From assembly GCA_964016885.1 (NCBI GenBank), contig OZ024743.1, forward strand, positions 204,228,001 to 204,292,000: 64,000 nucleotides of DNA. The letters run 5' to 3'. The notes below the pieces were generated by a model. The model was not told the DNA's origin and did not search any database. It worked only from the letters and a program-made list of their open reading frames with translations. Shown in pieces: positions 28,555-41,970 of this stretch. The position numbers and the translations under genes are program-made. Position 1 is the stretch's first letter. Every line of letters begins with the position of its first letter. The stretch is from Eledone cirrhosa (lineage: Eukaryota).

Positions 28555-30845
28555 CGAAGGAAATGTGGTAAGGAACCAGGTGGACCATAACGCACCAAAG
28601 TACTCAATACTTGAGGTAGTAGAGTGGGTAATAGGAACCAGTAAGACCCCGACAGCTGAGCTCAAGCCGTTTCGACGGCTAATTCTGGACTAAATGAAAA
28701 TTTATCCTGGTATTTAAATAGCCGATCTTCTCAAGGGGTAATTCCATATATGGTCAAAGTGATTGTCAAAAATCAGTAGTAATTCTGTGGTTGCAAATTA
28801 GTAGGGGAGATGGTGGCTAAACCTGCCAGTAGGAGAAAGAGGGGAGGGGGTGGAGTAGCCCCAATCAAGCGTTGGTAGTGCCAGCTACAGCTGGGCATGA
28901 GGTCAAAGAAGATACAGGGGAGGGGGAGGGGGAGGAAGTCGGAACGGTAGGTAGAACAATGGGGGGTAGAAATATATAGGAAAGAAAAAATACTGAGAGT
29001 GAAGAAAAGCAAATAAGTGTAAAGAAAAACAAATGAGTGTAAAGAAAAAAGTAAAGTAAATTAAATTCTACGACCTAGGTCTCTAGCTATTGTTAGTCTA
29101 GAATAAATAAATAAATAAAGAAAGAAAGAAAGAAGTAAAGAAAGAAATAAAGAAATAACGAAATAAGTAAAAGAACTAGGTGGGACGGTATAGGCGAGGA
29201 CCCTTTTAAGAGGTATAAGTACGTAAATGATACGGTGACGGGTCAACAAAAGGGGCCAAAATACTAAAGAGACTACCACGAAATAAACAATAAAGGTTTC
29301 CATCCCGGGCACAATTCCAGCAACCACCCAGTGCAGCAAAGTGAACTAATACGAGATAATAATTCTGAGTCCCGAGAAAAAAATATACTAATGCTAACTC
29401 TAAAAGATCTAAAACAAGCTACATGAAAGTTCGTACGAAGTAAAGGTAGAATACGGAAGAATAAATTCAGAATCCACGCCCCCCCCCCCCCCAAAAAAAA
29501 AGAAAAGCGAAGAAAGAAATACTGAAACGAAAAAATAAGGCATAAGTGCCACTAAGAAATATAGAGGGCACAGAGAATAGTGGGAGCGGTCGGAAAAAGG
29601 GGACAAGTATCCGGGGTCTAAACCAACTGCTATAAAGGGCGGAGTCCGCCAAATCTATCCTAGACTAGGGGAGGGGGTGGGGGTACTAAGGCTACAAGGG
29701 GCCAAAGGGCAGCCTCGGGTGGGCGAGAAAAGACGCCGACAAAGGAGAAGAGCTGGGGTAGAAGGACTAAAGAGAGAGGGGGGAAGGAAGGAAATAAAGG
29801 AAGCGATAAAAGAATACAAAGAAGATCTTACGTCTCCCTTGGCAAGCAGGGGTTACCCATTGCAAAATCGGCAAGTGGGGTGTTATAGCCCTAGTCTACC
29901 CCCCCGGGTCATTATGGGGTTTGAGGGCGAGGTAAGTCCTACGCAATCTATGTTTACATGCAGTAACCAGTTCATCTTTCTTGTTTAGGAGTTGGTCCGT
30001 CGAAAACAGCATTTGTAAAGTTTCCTCCGAGCATAAATTGCACGGACGGCGTCCTCCCGTGTAAGAATTGGCTCTGGACAGTAATCTCCAAGTGAGATCA
30101 TAGGTGATGTTGTTGTCCTTGAGGTCCCATATGTGGCCCGAAAGTGTAGTGGCGTGACGCCGGGCCGGGTTTCGGAGGTATATCTATGTTGGTATAGCCG
30201 GGTCTTGAAGTCACATGCGGTAAGTCCTATATAGGCTTTGTTGGAGGTATCCGTCCTCACGTTGCACTGGTAGATCACATTACGGTCTCTGCATCTATTG
30301 TCGAGTGGGCAAATAGATCTATCCGGGCAGTTACACCTCCTGGTCGGTTCTCCACTGCTATTTAGGTTATTTCTGCCATCGGGGTTGAGTTTTTTATTGT
30401 TAGAGGAGACGATGTTTTGTGCGAAGTTTGGTGTAGTGCTGTAAGAGAGTTTGATGGTATTTTTGTTAATTATGTTGTGGTAGCGGTGTTGTAATGGGAA
30501 GTGTTTTTCAATGAGCCTAAAGAATAGTTTCCCGGTGGGAGTTGTCACCTCTGCGTTGTGGGGAGGATTGAACCATGTTACATTGCGTGAGCGGCGGTGT
30601 CTCCTGCTGGTTCCGCTAATGGGAGCTGGACAGTAGGATATTTCCTCCCGGAAACCACTCCGCTTGAGGGCCTGGTTGTAATAAGGCGCATGTTCATCGA
30701 ATATCCACTCATTAGCTGACAAACGGGATATGCGGAGGGAGATGTTTTTGACCAGGTTGTTTGTGATGTTCCTAGGATGGTTTGAGCGGCGGTGGATGTA
30801 GTGCAGATTGTCATTAGGTTTCCTGTATGGGTAGTAAAGGTCGTT
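28552..30845 (-). mobile_element. Penelope-like element (Naiad-type), 5'-truncated: RT thumb + GIY-YIG (frameshifted), long 3' UTR, pLTR
   Basis: SNHP, WFNPP, KLSYS, CNC..CPL, VIYQC...AYIGLT; 3' end in (TA)n. Confidence 0.9.
28646..28739 (-). ncRNA. Hammerhead ribozyme, U3-A8 core variant (UUGAGAA)
   Basis: acccc-TTGAGAA-gatcggcta...tagccgtc-GAAAC-ggcttgagctcagct-GTC-ggggt. Confidence 0.8.
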
Positions 30846-30849
30846 TTCG

Positions 30850-31300
30850 GGGCGGCATAGCGCTTACCAGGCGGGCGGGCCCTGTCCGTGTCTGCGTTGC
30901 GAGTGTTGCTGTTCTTATCTAACTTCCTATTCTTTTGAGCTGGTTCTTTATTATCAGTGATTAGTTCTTTACTAATAGGAATTTTTTTTTGTATTTCACC
31001 ACGGTTGACATAATGGGCTTGGAGAGTTGACTCCCTTGAAGTCTGACCACTCGATAAGTTAGGGGTTGTGCCCCTTGATCAGGGGTGTGTATAGCTGGTC
31101 TACCTGCTGTCTGCTACTACTCGAGACTGGACACGGTCGTAGCCACAGGCCAGCGCGTGCGCGATAGCATAGAATGTATATTTTCTGCTGGTCACCCCGT
31201 GTAATATGATACCCTAAGATTCCATGCTTGAGATTCACCGAAGCATGCGCAGTCGTAACCGGGAGATGACATGCGAACTTGAAAATACCACAAGCGAGAC
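30850..31300 (-). pseudogene. Possible highly degraded GIY-YIG domain of an older PLE
   Basis: GILGYHITRGDQQKIYI...LIKGHNP*LIEWS...PLC resembles the PLE endonuclease layout. Confidence 0.3.
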
Positions 31301-31859
31301 CCTCTGGATAACGTAGACGCAGGACCATACCCGCAAATAAATACCCTGATCTGTCTTGAATATACAGGGCTGACGGAATATGGATAGCACGACCACCATC
31401 TAAGCTGAGAACGACCCATACAGCAAACAAAGAGAGGACAGCCCTTCGATTTTGACCAGTCGCGTGTGGACTTGGAGTTCGTAATATACCACCCCAGTCA
31501 AGTCCACACTGGTTTTTTAACGATATAGCATGTGGACCAATACATCATGCGTGGCGAAACCTTGGACTTAGAACCAGCAGGCTCGTCTATCGCGAAAGCG
31601 TTCAACCCCTGAAACTAAAGGATCGAACGGACCACATCCGGCAACCACTGGCTATTAGATCCACAGGTACATCTCCCAGAGATTCCACGCAGATAATAGT
31701 GAACCCCAGGTGATCTACGAACGTTTAAACAAGACCAGCTGCGCCTGGAGCTATGCAGATGACTGCTTACGCCTAGTGGATATCGTGCCTGGAGCTGTGC
31801 AGGGGACTGCATAGGCAGAATGGATATCGCGCCCACACGGTTACCAGTAATGTTCATCC

Positions 31860-32060
31860 TGTTATATTTTTGCAATAATTTTATGATAATTTTGTAATAA
31901 TTTTGCGATAATTTTATGATAATTTGATAGTTTTGTAATGATTTTGTGGTAATTTTGTGATGATTTGATAATTTTGTAATGATTTTGTGGTAATTTTGTA
32001 ATGATTTTGTAATAATTTTTAATCCTGTATCAATAATTTTAGAATGTTTTTTTGTGATAA
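31860..32060. repeat. Degenerate ~12-bp minisatellite (ataattttgtg)
   Basis: Seen directly. Confidence 0.8.
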
Positions 32061-32334
32061 TACAGGGTTAGATCACGGAAGCTACCTTGTACCTTCTTGA
32101 GGATACATTTTATGATTATTGTCTTTTTGCTTATGTATTTTCTTAGTTGCCACTTTCTTTAATCTTGCCCAACTTGATAAACTCCTTGAATTGCTCCCTA
32201 ATTAAATTGCTTAAATTGCTTAGATTATTGTACCTATTATGCCTAAGTTGTATCTGTTGAAGCAGCCCTTTGAAAATTCCTCGGATATCCCAAATACCAT
32301 AATTTTTAACTTTTAATGTATAGTTTTCCTCAAT

Positions 32335-33027
32335 TCGTTTTTATATTTATCCTCAAGGGCTCTCTAAAATTTTAATTCTTCGAAGGGTCTCTCGGAGGAA
32401 GTTCCTATTGGGAATAGTAAAGGGGCCTTTTCTGAGAGATTTATGGAAGGCTCTCTGAATTAACCTCTAATTGATTAGTTTCTTTCAACCTAGTTTTCAA
32501 TTCAGTTTTCTGAATTTTGTAAACGTGATCTCGGGAGAAGAAGGTTTTTTTCTTTGGGAAAACATTTTTTTCTCTAGAAGAAATTTCATAGGAACTCTAT
32601 ATATTCTTTAGGGAAACTTTATATTTTTATTTTCTTATTTTATTAGCCTCTTAATTTTCTTCTAGACTAATAGGTGTATTGGAGCCTGTAAGCTTTATGC
32701 ACTCATTGAGGGATTTTCTGAGGTGCTTCTACGGGACCCCAAGTCTCTTGGTTTAATGTTGATGCGTGAATTATATATTTTTGTCTAATTTTTAAACTTC
32801 AATCCCTGACCCCGACAACTAATATAAAAGAGCCCCCCTTAAAGCGGAGTTGCTGATGTATACAACAATTTCAAACTGCTAGCCTTGAGTGATACGTTGA
32901 TGTAAACAATGATCTTGCAATCACATGTTATATGCCTTGATAAGTCCCACCATGGGGTCGGACGAAACGGCTGTCGGCAATAAACTTGTTATAATGTCAT
33001 AATAGTTCCTTTGTTCTTTTTCACTAA
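32335..33027 (+). mobile_element. Non-coding PLE 3' UTR/pLTR family; second copy at 59170-59905
   Basis: About 700 bp shared; HHR near the 3' end; both copies end ...ttttcactaa(TA)n. Confidence 0.8.
32933..32979 (+). ncRNA. Hammerhead ribozyme, U3-A8 core variant (UUGAUAA)
   Basis: tgcc-TTGATAA-gtcc...ggac-GAAAC-ggct-GTC-ggca, overlapping AATAAA. Confidence 0.8.
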
Positions 33028-33029
33028 TA

Positions 33030-33081
<52 letters not shown>

Positions 33082-33087
33082 CATATA

Positions 33088-34784
33088 TTTTGGTAAACGG
33101 AATAGAAAATGCTGACAAATTGTTCACAGTTGAAAAATGGTTTAATTAGGAATAAAAGAGTATTAGTGATTGTATGGGTTAGTATTCAGTTGTGGTTTTA
33201 AGTTTTTAAGTTTTTACCGGTTGCGCATTTCTAAATGCTTTTCAAAAATAATTTTGAGATAGAGTGTCCGTGTTGTTTGCTCTGATCTGATTAGTTTTGG
33301 GAATTCCACCTGTTTTTAATTCTGGATGGATAATTTCCACAATGAACTACCACAACGCATCAAAAAAGAATTCGTGATAGAGGGACTCAAATTTATCTTG
33401 GAGAACAATTACTTCGTTTTCAATAACAAACCCTACAGGCAGAAATCTGGGACCGCTATGGGAACGAAAACAGCCCCCACTTATGCCAACCTAGTCATGG
33501 GATACCTGGAAATCACCCTCTACATTAAAGTCCTAAACAAATTTGGAAACACCCTCCACTTACACATTGAAAGGAACTGGAAGCGATATCTAGATGACTG
33601 CTTCATCCTTTGGCACGAAAACATCGAACAACTTAAAGAATTTCACACCCTTATAAATGGGCTCAACACGAATATTAACTTCACGATGGAATACAGCCAT
33701 CAACAACTCCCCTTCCTCGACATCCTCATTAAGATCCATAACAAAAAAATAGAAACAGACATATACTACAAGCCCACAGACTCCAAGCAATATCTCCCCT
33801 TCAACTCTTGGCACCCTAGACACGTTAAAATTAATATTCCCTACAACTTAGCCAAGAGCATCTGTACTATACTCTCCAATAAAAACATCTGCTACTTACG
33901 GCTACAAGAACTAAAGGACACACTCATAGGCAGGGACTACCCTGCATCACTAATTGACAATGGAATCCAACGTGCCCTAAAACTCAGTACCCAGGACCTT
34001 AGACACCCTAAAGTAAATCAACCGAAACTAAAAGCTCTTCCATACATCTCCACACACAACCCCCTCAACAATGAGGCCTTTGACACCATCCTCCAGAACA
34101 TCCCTGTGTTGAAAAAGGACCATAGAATGAACCAAATTCTACGAACACACGATATCATAAAGAGCAAAAGACAATCCAAGTCAATGAAAAACATCCTAGC
34201 ACATGCCAAAGTACTGCCAACCACAACAACGAAACCCACAGTAAAAAAATGCGATAGACCCAACTGTGGTATTTGCATCAACCTAATAGAGGGTTCGGAA
34301 TTCTATTTCAAAGATGGACAACTTTTTATAATAAAACACAATTTCACATGTGCATCGGAAAATCTAATATATGTATTAACTTGCTCAGGTTGTCGAGAAC
34401 AATACATAGGCCAGACCAAAAACAGCCTCCGCCAACGCATGACTGTCCATAGATCCCAAATTAAAATACGGGAATACAGGAAAATACCACTGAGTGAACA
34501 CATTGATACCTGTGCCGCCCAAAATCATCCCAACTTCAGAATCTTTTCCCTCTACAAATTTAAAGATAATGCCACCCACACCCAGCGCATCAGCAAGGAA
34601 TCTTACTTCATTAACAAATACGGACCCCGTCTAAACACTTCTCCCTAAGACGCACCCACAACATACACACGTCAACATACATACCTACATCAGCACACAT
34701 CTCTACCCACATAAACACAATGACACACGTAAACACACATGCTCTATGGTGCAATACAAAAAGATATATGTGCATATATATGTA

Positions 34785-34817
<33 letters not shown>

Positions 34818-35116
34818 GTAGTGAATATATGTGTGTGTGTGTGTGTGTATATATATAGTGAATATCATTTCACACCTTTTATTGTTAAGATTTTTGATGT
34901 TCTATTAAGAGAACCGATTTTACTGAAAAAATCGAATAATGTACACGATTTTACCAGGGGGAAAAATACTGGTCCCCCCCCCCCCACACATATATACACA
35001 AACACACGCGTACATCAACATACAAAGAGACTTATACACACACACACACACACACGCACTTCTCCGTATAAGACAAAAGCTGAAAAATATCCTTTGACCT
35101 TCGAATGACTCTGCTG

Positions 35117-35193
<77 letters not shown>

Positions 35194-35253
35194 ATCTTAA
35201 TAGCCATTTGACACACATCGCTGCTGGCTATCGTCGCAGCATCGAATACCTTA

Positions 35254-35291
<38 letters not shown>

Positions 35292-35660
35292 TTGTTGTGA
35301 AAGAGTCATTTCTCAATCTTGGCGCAAAACCAATTTTTTATCCACATGACCTCTACCGACCAATCAAAATTGTTTTGACCACAAGCATTTTTGCAACACA
35401 AAAATAACGCTGGAGCCAATTTTTTTAACATAAAAACAGGTAGAATTCCCAAAACTAATCAGATCAGAGCAAACAGCACGGACACTCTATCTCAAAATTA
35501 TTTTTGAAAAGCATTTAGAAATGCGCAACCGGTAAAAACTTAAAAACTTAAAACCACAACCGAATACTAACCCATACAATCACTAATACTCTTTTATTCC
35601 TAATTAAACCATTTTTCAACTGTGAACAATTTGTCAGCATTTTCTATTCCGTTTACCAAT
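33088..35660 (+). mobile_element. Penelope-like element (Neptune-type), 5'-truncated, with inverted 5' pLTR
   Basis: 33088-33315 is the reverse complement of ~35433-35660; RT + GIY-YIG ORF; (TA)n at both ends. Confidence 0.9.
33326..34648 (+). CDS. Truncated PLE RT + GIY-YIG (440 aa open)
   Basis: GTAMG, RYLDD, LPFLD, KPTD, CDRPNCGIC, NLIYVLTCSGCREQYIGQT, H...H. Confidence 0.9.
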   Translation: MDNFHNELPQRIKKEFVIEGLKFILENNYFVFNNKPYRQKSGTAMGTKTAPTYANLVMGYLEITLYIKVLNKFGNTLHLHIERNWKRYLDDCFILWHENIEQLKEFHTLINGLNTNINFTMEYSHQQLPFLDILIKIHNKKIETDIYYKPTDSKQYLPFNSWHPRHVKINIPYNLAKSICTILSNKNICYLRLQELKDTLIGRDYPASLIDNGIQRALKLSTQDLRHPKVNQPKLKALPYISTHNPLNNEAFDTILQNIPVLKKDHRMNQILRTHDIIKSKRQSKSMKNILAHAKVLPTTTTKPTVKKCDRPNCGICINLIEGSEFYFKDGQLFIIKHNFTCASENLIYVLTCSGCREQYIGQTKNSLRQRMTVHRSQIKIREYRKIPLSEHIDTCAAQNHPNFRIFSLYKFKDNATHTQRISKESYFINKYGPRLNTSP

Positions 35661-35776
35661 ATATAATAACTTGTGTGTTACACCTCTATTCTTTTAACTA
35701 TATATATATATATATATATACATATATGTATATATATATATATACATATATGTATATATATATATACATATATATA

Positions 35777-35865
<89 letters not shown>

Positions 35866-35890
35866 GTATATATATATATATGTATATATG

Positions 35891-35955
<65 letters not shown>

Positions 35956-36229
35956 GTATATATATATATGTGTGTGTGTAGATAAATCTACCAATATATA
36001 CGGTAATGTCTAAACCGTATGAAGAACTCAATGTAATCCAAATATCATGAAAAGAAAAGATGTATTCAAAATTCTTTCGATGAAAATCACAGGAAAACAG
36101 AGTCAAGATAAATTAATAAAAACAATGAATAAAAACAAAGAAACAGTTCCTTATATTAAAAAATTCATAATTTTACGATCGTTTCTAGAATATATATTTG
36201 TGTGTTGGTATGTATATCATATAGATCTA

Positions 36230-36470
36230 TGTAAAAAATTTACAATCCTGTTCATGAACATTATAAACAAACATACACCTCAGCAATACTCCCACAATTT
36301 CCTTACATCTCTTTGCCAGACAAGTATCATAGACTTTACCAGGGAGGATAAACAAGGAGATTCCTCTATAATTAGAGCACTCTCTATTGTCTCCTTTGAA
36401 AATTTGAATTATCGCTCCCAATTCCCATTGCTTTCCCTAGATCCTGGCTACCTGGCACTAATATGAGTGA
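36230..36470 (-). mobile_element. RTE-type RT fragment
   Basis: FKGDNRECSNYRGISLFILPGKVY. Confidence 0.7.
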
Positions 36471-36689
36471 TTAATAAATATATTTTTCAAAATGAAATTA
36501 TCGATGCAGGTAGGATTTTTTGATTGCCTTATTGATCTAGAAAATTTGCTTCTTCATAAGTATAATGACATGAAAAAATACAAGTTTTTAGAAATTAAAT
36601 TATAATTAATTTAATTATGACAAATATGTTTACCCGGTTCTTACCACAAACAAATTATTTTCCTGAAACATGACAATAATCTATGTTGT

Positions 36690-37260
36690 ACATATAAATT
36701 GGAAACAGTCACCCTCCACATTAAGTGCTTTGAAAAAACTGCTTCATTAGTCCTAGTTTAATATGAAGGAGAGGGAAGATGATTTTCTCTTGCCCACCGA
36801 GTTGTTGGTGTATGATAGATATTCTTCTCTCCAGCAGTCAAACTTTATTTCTAACTGACCAGTGCTTCTGTTCCCAAAGTTTATCTTTCACTCAGCTATC
36901 CCATAAACACTGGAAACACGGATATTTTGTATACCCTCCTTGTTGAGCAACTAAATAGTTGACCAGTTTCAGATTCACACACGTCTTATTTGAGTAAATC
37001 TAATACAGTTTTTATGTTTTCATGCTTCTCTTTTAAGTGCACAGAGCAACCAATAGGAATTACACCTAACAGTTTTCCATTATGGAATAATACACATTTT
37101 AGACTCTTATTTTAACTATCTATTAAGAGTCTCCAATCATGAGGATCATACTGTAGAGCACACATTGCTTGTAACAGTCCCATCACATTACAGCGTGATA
37201 GAAAAAAGTATTGTTATTTTTAAACTTAAGGGCCCCAAATTACTCAAGAACGGGTCAAAC
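36690..37260 (-). mobile_element. DNA transposase remnant, Chapaev3/CMC-like (family from recalled motifs)
   Basis: DWRLLIDS, SLKCVLFHNG, SVHLKE, QQGGYTKYPCFQCLWDS, IIFPLLHIKLGLMKQF, with stops. Confidence 0.65.
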
Positions 37261-37371
37261 TTAGGTCAGCAGAAAAAAAGCAAAATTTTGTTGGTCAGTG
37301 TTATTTAGCAAGTGTGAAAACCTACCAACACTTCTTTTTCTAGAAAAAAGATATAGTAAATGTATAGAAGC

Positions 37372-38040
37372 CACCCCACTCGCTTTCAGTGAGGAAAACA
37401 TTTCTCGGTTTTTTCATGTGCTATCAACTAATCTAACCTCCAAGATTCTGGCAATCGACATTTCGAAGAATGGAAGGAGTTGGGTATCACCCACACCACG
37501 GAGTTTTCCTCACGACTTTTTTTTTTTTTTTTTGTTATCAACGAGTAGGACATCCAAACCAATCGGAAACGAGATATGTAGAAAACGTAAGGTGAAAGGG
37601 TGCGAAAAGACCATGCAGTTGCGCAGATCTACGCACCTATCACGTTTGGTGGAAAATAATTTTCTTTATTTTATTTTGTTTTTTCTAGACCTCTTCGATG
37701 CTTAGAATCGGCTTTTTTTCCCCAGATAACAGAAACCATAAACCTAACTCTAAACGTAACTCTAACCATAAAACGATGTATATATCTGCGAAACTCCGAT
37801 GGTCTTTTCACTCCCCCTTTTTCTACATATCTAGTCGTTTCCAACTGGTTTGGGGATCATGTGTGTTGATAACACGCGACAAAAAAAATCCGTAAAGAAA
37901 ACTGCTAGGGAAAGTATCCCACCCTCTCCTTCTCCAAGAAAAAAAAGTTGATTGCCAGAATCTTGGAGGTTAGATTAGTTGATAACACACGAAAAAAAAA
38001 GCGAGAAAACATTTTTTTCCACTAAAATCGAGTGGGATGT
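37372..38040. mobile_element. Fold-back MITE with long degenerate inverted arms
   Basis: tatcaactaatctaacctccaagattctggcaatc / gattgccagaatcttggaggttagattagttgata, plus inner inverted blocks and a central (ccctaa)-like tract. Confidence 0.7.
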
Positions 38041-38151
38041 TCTATAATAATACCAAAAATATACTAACGTCTAAGATATTTGGTCACGTAAAAACTGCAT
38101 CCTTTAACACTTTAAAAGTTTTTGTGATTATATATATATATATATGTATAT

Positions 38152-40790
38152 AATGAAAAATTTGAACAGGGACAGAACAGAGAGGCAGTACAATAAATGT
38201 TTATTAAATTCACGCTCAGGAGAGTGGGGGGTAGGTGGGGGACGACGTTTCGGGCATAAGCCCTTCCTCAGGTGAGAAGTGTGTGGGAACAGAGTTCAAA
38301 AGGTGTGTAGGGGAGTGGTGGAGAGACATATAGCGAAAGGAAACGGTGCGAATGAAAAATTAACAAATAAAGATAAAAAATATAAAAAATAAAAATAAAG
38401 CATGATCAAAATACAAGGAATGAGAAAATTTAAAAATAAAGGCATGATCAAAATAAACTGAAATTAAAAGGGGGGTAAACAGGTGGTGGAAGGGTGTGGG
38501 TGAGTAGGGGTGGTGGCGGGTGGAGTGGGGTGAGGGAGACGGGGTGTCCGAGCGGGGAGGGCTGAAGGTGGTGTGTGTGTGTAGTTGTGCGTGTGTGTGT
38601 GTGTGTGTGTGTGTATGTGAAAGTGAGGGTTGGGGGAAGAACGGGGTTGCATGTTCATGAAGAGGTGTGTGTGGGGGGGTGTTTTTGTGGGTCGGAGTGT
38701 CTGTGCGTGTGTGGATAGGGGGGTGCGGGGGAGAGGAATCAGGAGACTGAGGGTGTAAATATGTGGTGGGAAGCACGTGTGTGTGGGGTTTAAGCGTGTT
38801 GTGGGTGTGGGTGGCGTGTGGAGAAAACATTTTTTGGGGGGTGTGTGTGTGGGTGAATTATATAGGTGATGACGTAAGAGGATGGTTGAAAAGTTGGTAA
38901 GTTCCAAGGATGTTTGGAGATTTGGTTATAAGTCAATTTCTGCGTGTGGGTAATCCATGAAGCGGTGGTCGGAAGAGGAGAGATGTGGGGTGCGCGCGCA
39001 ACAGGAAGAGGTCAGCAGTGGGATTGCTGTGGTCTGTTGGTGCTGGGAGGTGGTCAGAAGGGCATAGCAGCAGTCGGTGGAATGGTAGGGGGGCGAAGAT
39101 GGGTAGGTGTGAGAGTTGGAGTGAGGAGGGTGTTTGTGTGTGTGTCTGTGTATTAGTAGGGGTGTTAGTGGGATGAGTGAGTGTGGAGCGGGGGGTGGGT
39201 GGAGCGGGGAGAGAAGGGTGTGTGTGGTTCTATGGAGGGAGTGTGGTGTACTGGTGTGTGTGTAGTTTGGTGAAGAGGTGTTAGTGGGTGTTAGTATACG
39301 GGAGGTGGGGAGGGGTGGAATGCAGGTGTGAGTGGGGTTTAGTGGTGGTAGGGTGTGTAGAGTTGGTGGTGTACGAGGGTGTGTGGGTACGTGTGCGTGG
39401 GGTTGGGGGTGTTAGTGATGTTAGTTGCGTGTGGGGTGGGTGGTGTAAGTGGGTGCGTGTGTGCGTGTGATAAGGAGGGGGGGAGGAGAAGAGGGGAGGG
39501 AAGGGATGTTAGTATGTTAGTTGGGGAAGGGTGGTCAGATGAGGGGTGGAGTGGAGGTGTTAGTATTGTTAGTGTGGGGTGGGCGGTGAAAAGGAGGGGT
39601 GTGTTAGTGGTGTTAGTGGGGGATAAGTGTGGGGGGAGGGGGGCGCTCGAACGCTAAAGGAATAAGGGTGGGGAGTTCAGGCCGGGGGGAGTGTGGGTCT
39701 GTAAGATGAAGATAGTTCGTTGTTCGACCGTAAGGCGATGGGCGGGTGTTCCGTGGCACTGGAGTAGGCCACAGACTGTGAGATGGCGTGCGGAGTGTCC
39801 AGGGCCACCAAAGTGGCGGGCGATTGGGGAACTGCCCCCGAGACGAATATCCCGGAGGTGCTCCGTGACTCGGTCCGCCAGGCGACGTCCCGTCTGTCCG
39901 ACTAGGTTGGAGGAGGTGCAGCGGAAGGCATGCCGGACCGAGAGAGAGTGGCCGTTGGGACCCTGGAAGGTGGTGGTGTTGGTGATGTGGGGACAGGTGT
40001 TGCAGCGGGGCCTAGAACAGGGGAAGGAACCGGGGGGGGAACAGAGCGTGGGTTGGGGGGTAGGGAGCTGTGGACGAGGAGGGTGCGGAGATTGCGTGCG
40101 CGTTTGAAGGAGGGGAGTGGTGGGGTTGGGAAGATGTGGGAGGTGGAGGGGTCGGACTGGAGGCGTCGGAAGAGGCGGTGGAGGGGTAAGGTGGAGGGGT
40201 GGTAGGTGATGGGGAAGGGGAGACGGTGGGTGGGTGTGCGGTGGCGTGGGGTGAGGGTGGTGGAGCGGGGGATAGCACGGGCGCGGGTGAGAGCGGTGTA
40301 GACGAGAGGGGGGGGGAACCTCTGCGGATGAAATGGCTGACTAGGGAAAGGGCCTGGGACTCGAAGTCAGCATCACGGCTACAGAGGCGGCGGATCCTGA
40401 GAAGTTGGGAGTAGGGAATGGAGAGTTTAGTGTGGGTGGGGTGGGAAGAGGTGAAGTCGAGGTAAGAGTGGGAGTCGGTGGGTTTGAAGAAGGCGGAGGT
40501 GACGAGGGAGTGGTGGGAGGGGTCGAAGGCGACGGAGATGTCTAAGAAGTGGACGTGGGTGGTGGAGATAGAGGTGGTGAAGTGGAGGGAGGGGTGGAAG
40601 GAGCAGAAGAAGGAGAGAAAGGAGTCGAGCTGTTCTCGGGTGAGGGTCGTGGCTCCGATACAGTCGTCAATGTAACGACCGTACAGTTCGGGCGTGGGGC
40701 CGGTGTACTGGGCAAAGATTTGGGCCTCAACATGGCCAACAAAAAGGTTGGCATAGTTCGGGCCCATTCTTGTGCCCATGGCTACCCATC
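38152..40790 (-). mobile_element. Penelope-like element (Neptune-type), 5'-truncated and frameshifted, long CA-rich 3' UTR
   Basis: VAMGTRMGPNYANLF, RYIDD, HFLD, KPTDSHSYL, SIPYSQ; C-terminal GQTGRRLADRVTEH...PPGLN. Confidence 0.9.
38210..38275 (-). ncRNA. Hammerhead ribozyme-like motif in the pLTR
   Basis: tcac-CTGAGGA-agggc-ttat-gccc-GAAAC-gtc-GTC...gtga, then AATAAA; stem I partner displaced. Confidence 0.65.
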
Positions 40791-40799
40791 GCACGCTGG

Positions 40800-40927
40800 T
40801 ATCATTTCTTGTTTTGTTTCTCTCCCCCTATCTCCCTCACTCTCTTTCTTCCGTTCTCTTACCCTCTCATCGCTTCCCCCTCTTTCGTTCCCTCTCTATC
40901 ATCCCTTTTTCTTTTTCTCTCTCTCTT

Positions 40928-40968
<41 letters not shown>

Positions 40969-41045
40969 CCTCGCCTCTTTCTTTTTCTCTCTCTCTCATC
41001 CCCTCTCGCTCTTTCTTAACCCCCAACCCTTCTCTCTCTCTCTCC
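40800..41045. repeat. (CT)n-rich low-complexity tract
   Basis: Seen directly. Confidence 0.9.
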
Positions 41046-41049
41046 AGAA

Positions 41050-41478
41050 TGGAGAACAAAAACAAAATGGATATCTTTCGATTCGGACGCTGGTTTGCAC
41101 ACACGCACACAAAAGATTTGAACTTCCATAATCCTTTTGAGAAATGTGGACCCGCTACATCTATGCAAGGGCACAGACTTTACAGCCAGGAGGATGAGGA
41201 ACCACCTCCTAGAGGTCACTATTCTTGGAAGCAAACATCAAAGAGAAAATTCATTTATTCCCAAGATTCCTCATATCCATTCATCTACCGAGCTGCCATT
41301 CAAATTCTCAAGACTTCAGTTCACTGTTTAAAGCCAGTTTTGCTATGACGGTACATAAAGCTCAGACTCAGAGTTTCAAAGTTGTAGAATTGAATAAAAG
41401 AGAATCGCTTTTTACGCATAGACAGTTGTATGTAGGTTGTTCACGAGTTACCCGGGTGTAGCAGGCTACGTCGGCTAG
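41050..41478 (+). mobile_element. Helitron 3' remnant (Pif1-like helicase C-terminus, hairpin, CTAG)
   Basis: RNVDP..LCKGT, FIPKIP, LPFKFSRLQF, FAMTVHKAQ.QS, FTHRQLYVGCSRV; gtagcaggctac hairpin then CTAG. Confidence 0.85.
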
Positions 41479-41909
41479 TCATAAAATAAATGAAAAGAAA
41501 TGTCACCTTACCGACAAATATGTTGAGCAGTAGAAATCTCTTCATTTTTATCGTCTTCGTTTTTCAAGAGTTGTAGCTAACAGAAACTTACCGCGGGTGT
41601 TGCATGTAGGTACTAATTATTAAAGTATGCAACCGGATATTTTTAAAATTGCTATATGTTTTTTTAAAATCTGATTGGCTAACATTGATTTATAGCAGCA
41701 TCTTTCCTCAAATGAAATAAGCCCACCCAGATTTTCGCAAGTGCAGATTTCACGACTTGCTTCCTTGTGGTTTTAACCTGTTTGTAAAGCGGCTTGATAG
41801 TACGAATTTCTATGTATATGTATGTGAGTGAGTGTGTGTGCATGGGCGTGTTCGTTATATGAGTTATATACAAACGTTATGTAAGTTACCTACACATCTT
41901 CACCAATTA

Positions 41910-41970
<61 letters not shown>

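Noticed and set aside
31860-32060. CRISPR-like array
   Set aside because: Degenerate minisatellite without unique spacers; eukaryotic context; no cas genes
38360-39660. His/Thr/Pro- or Gly/Val-rich ORFs
   Set aside because: Low-complexity CA-rich 3' UTR of the PLE
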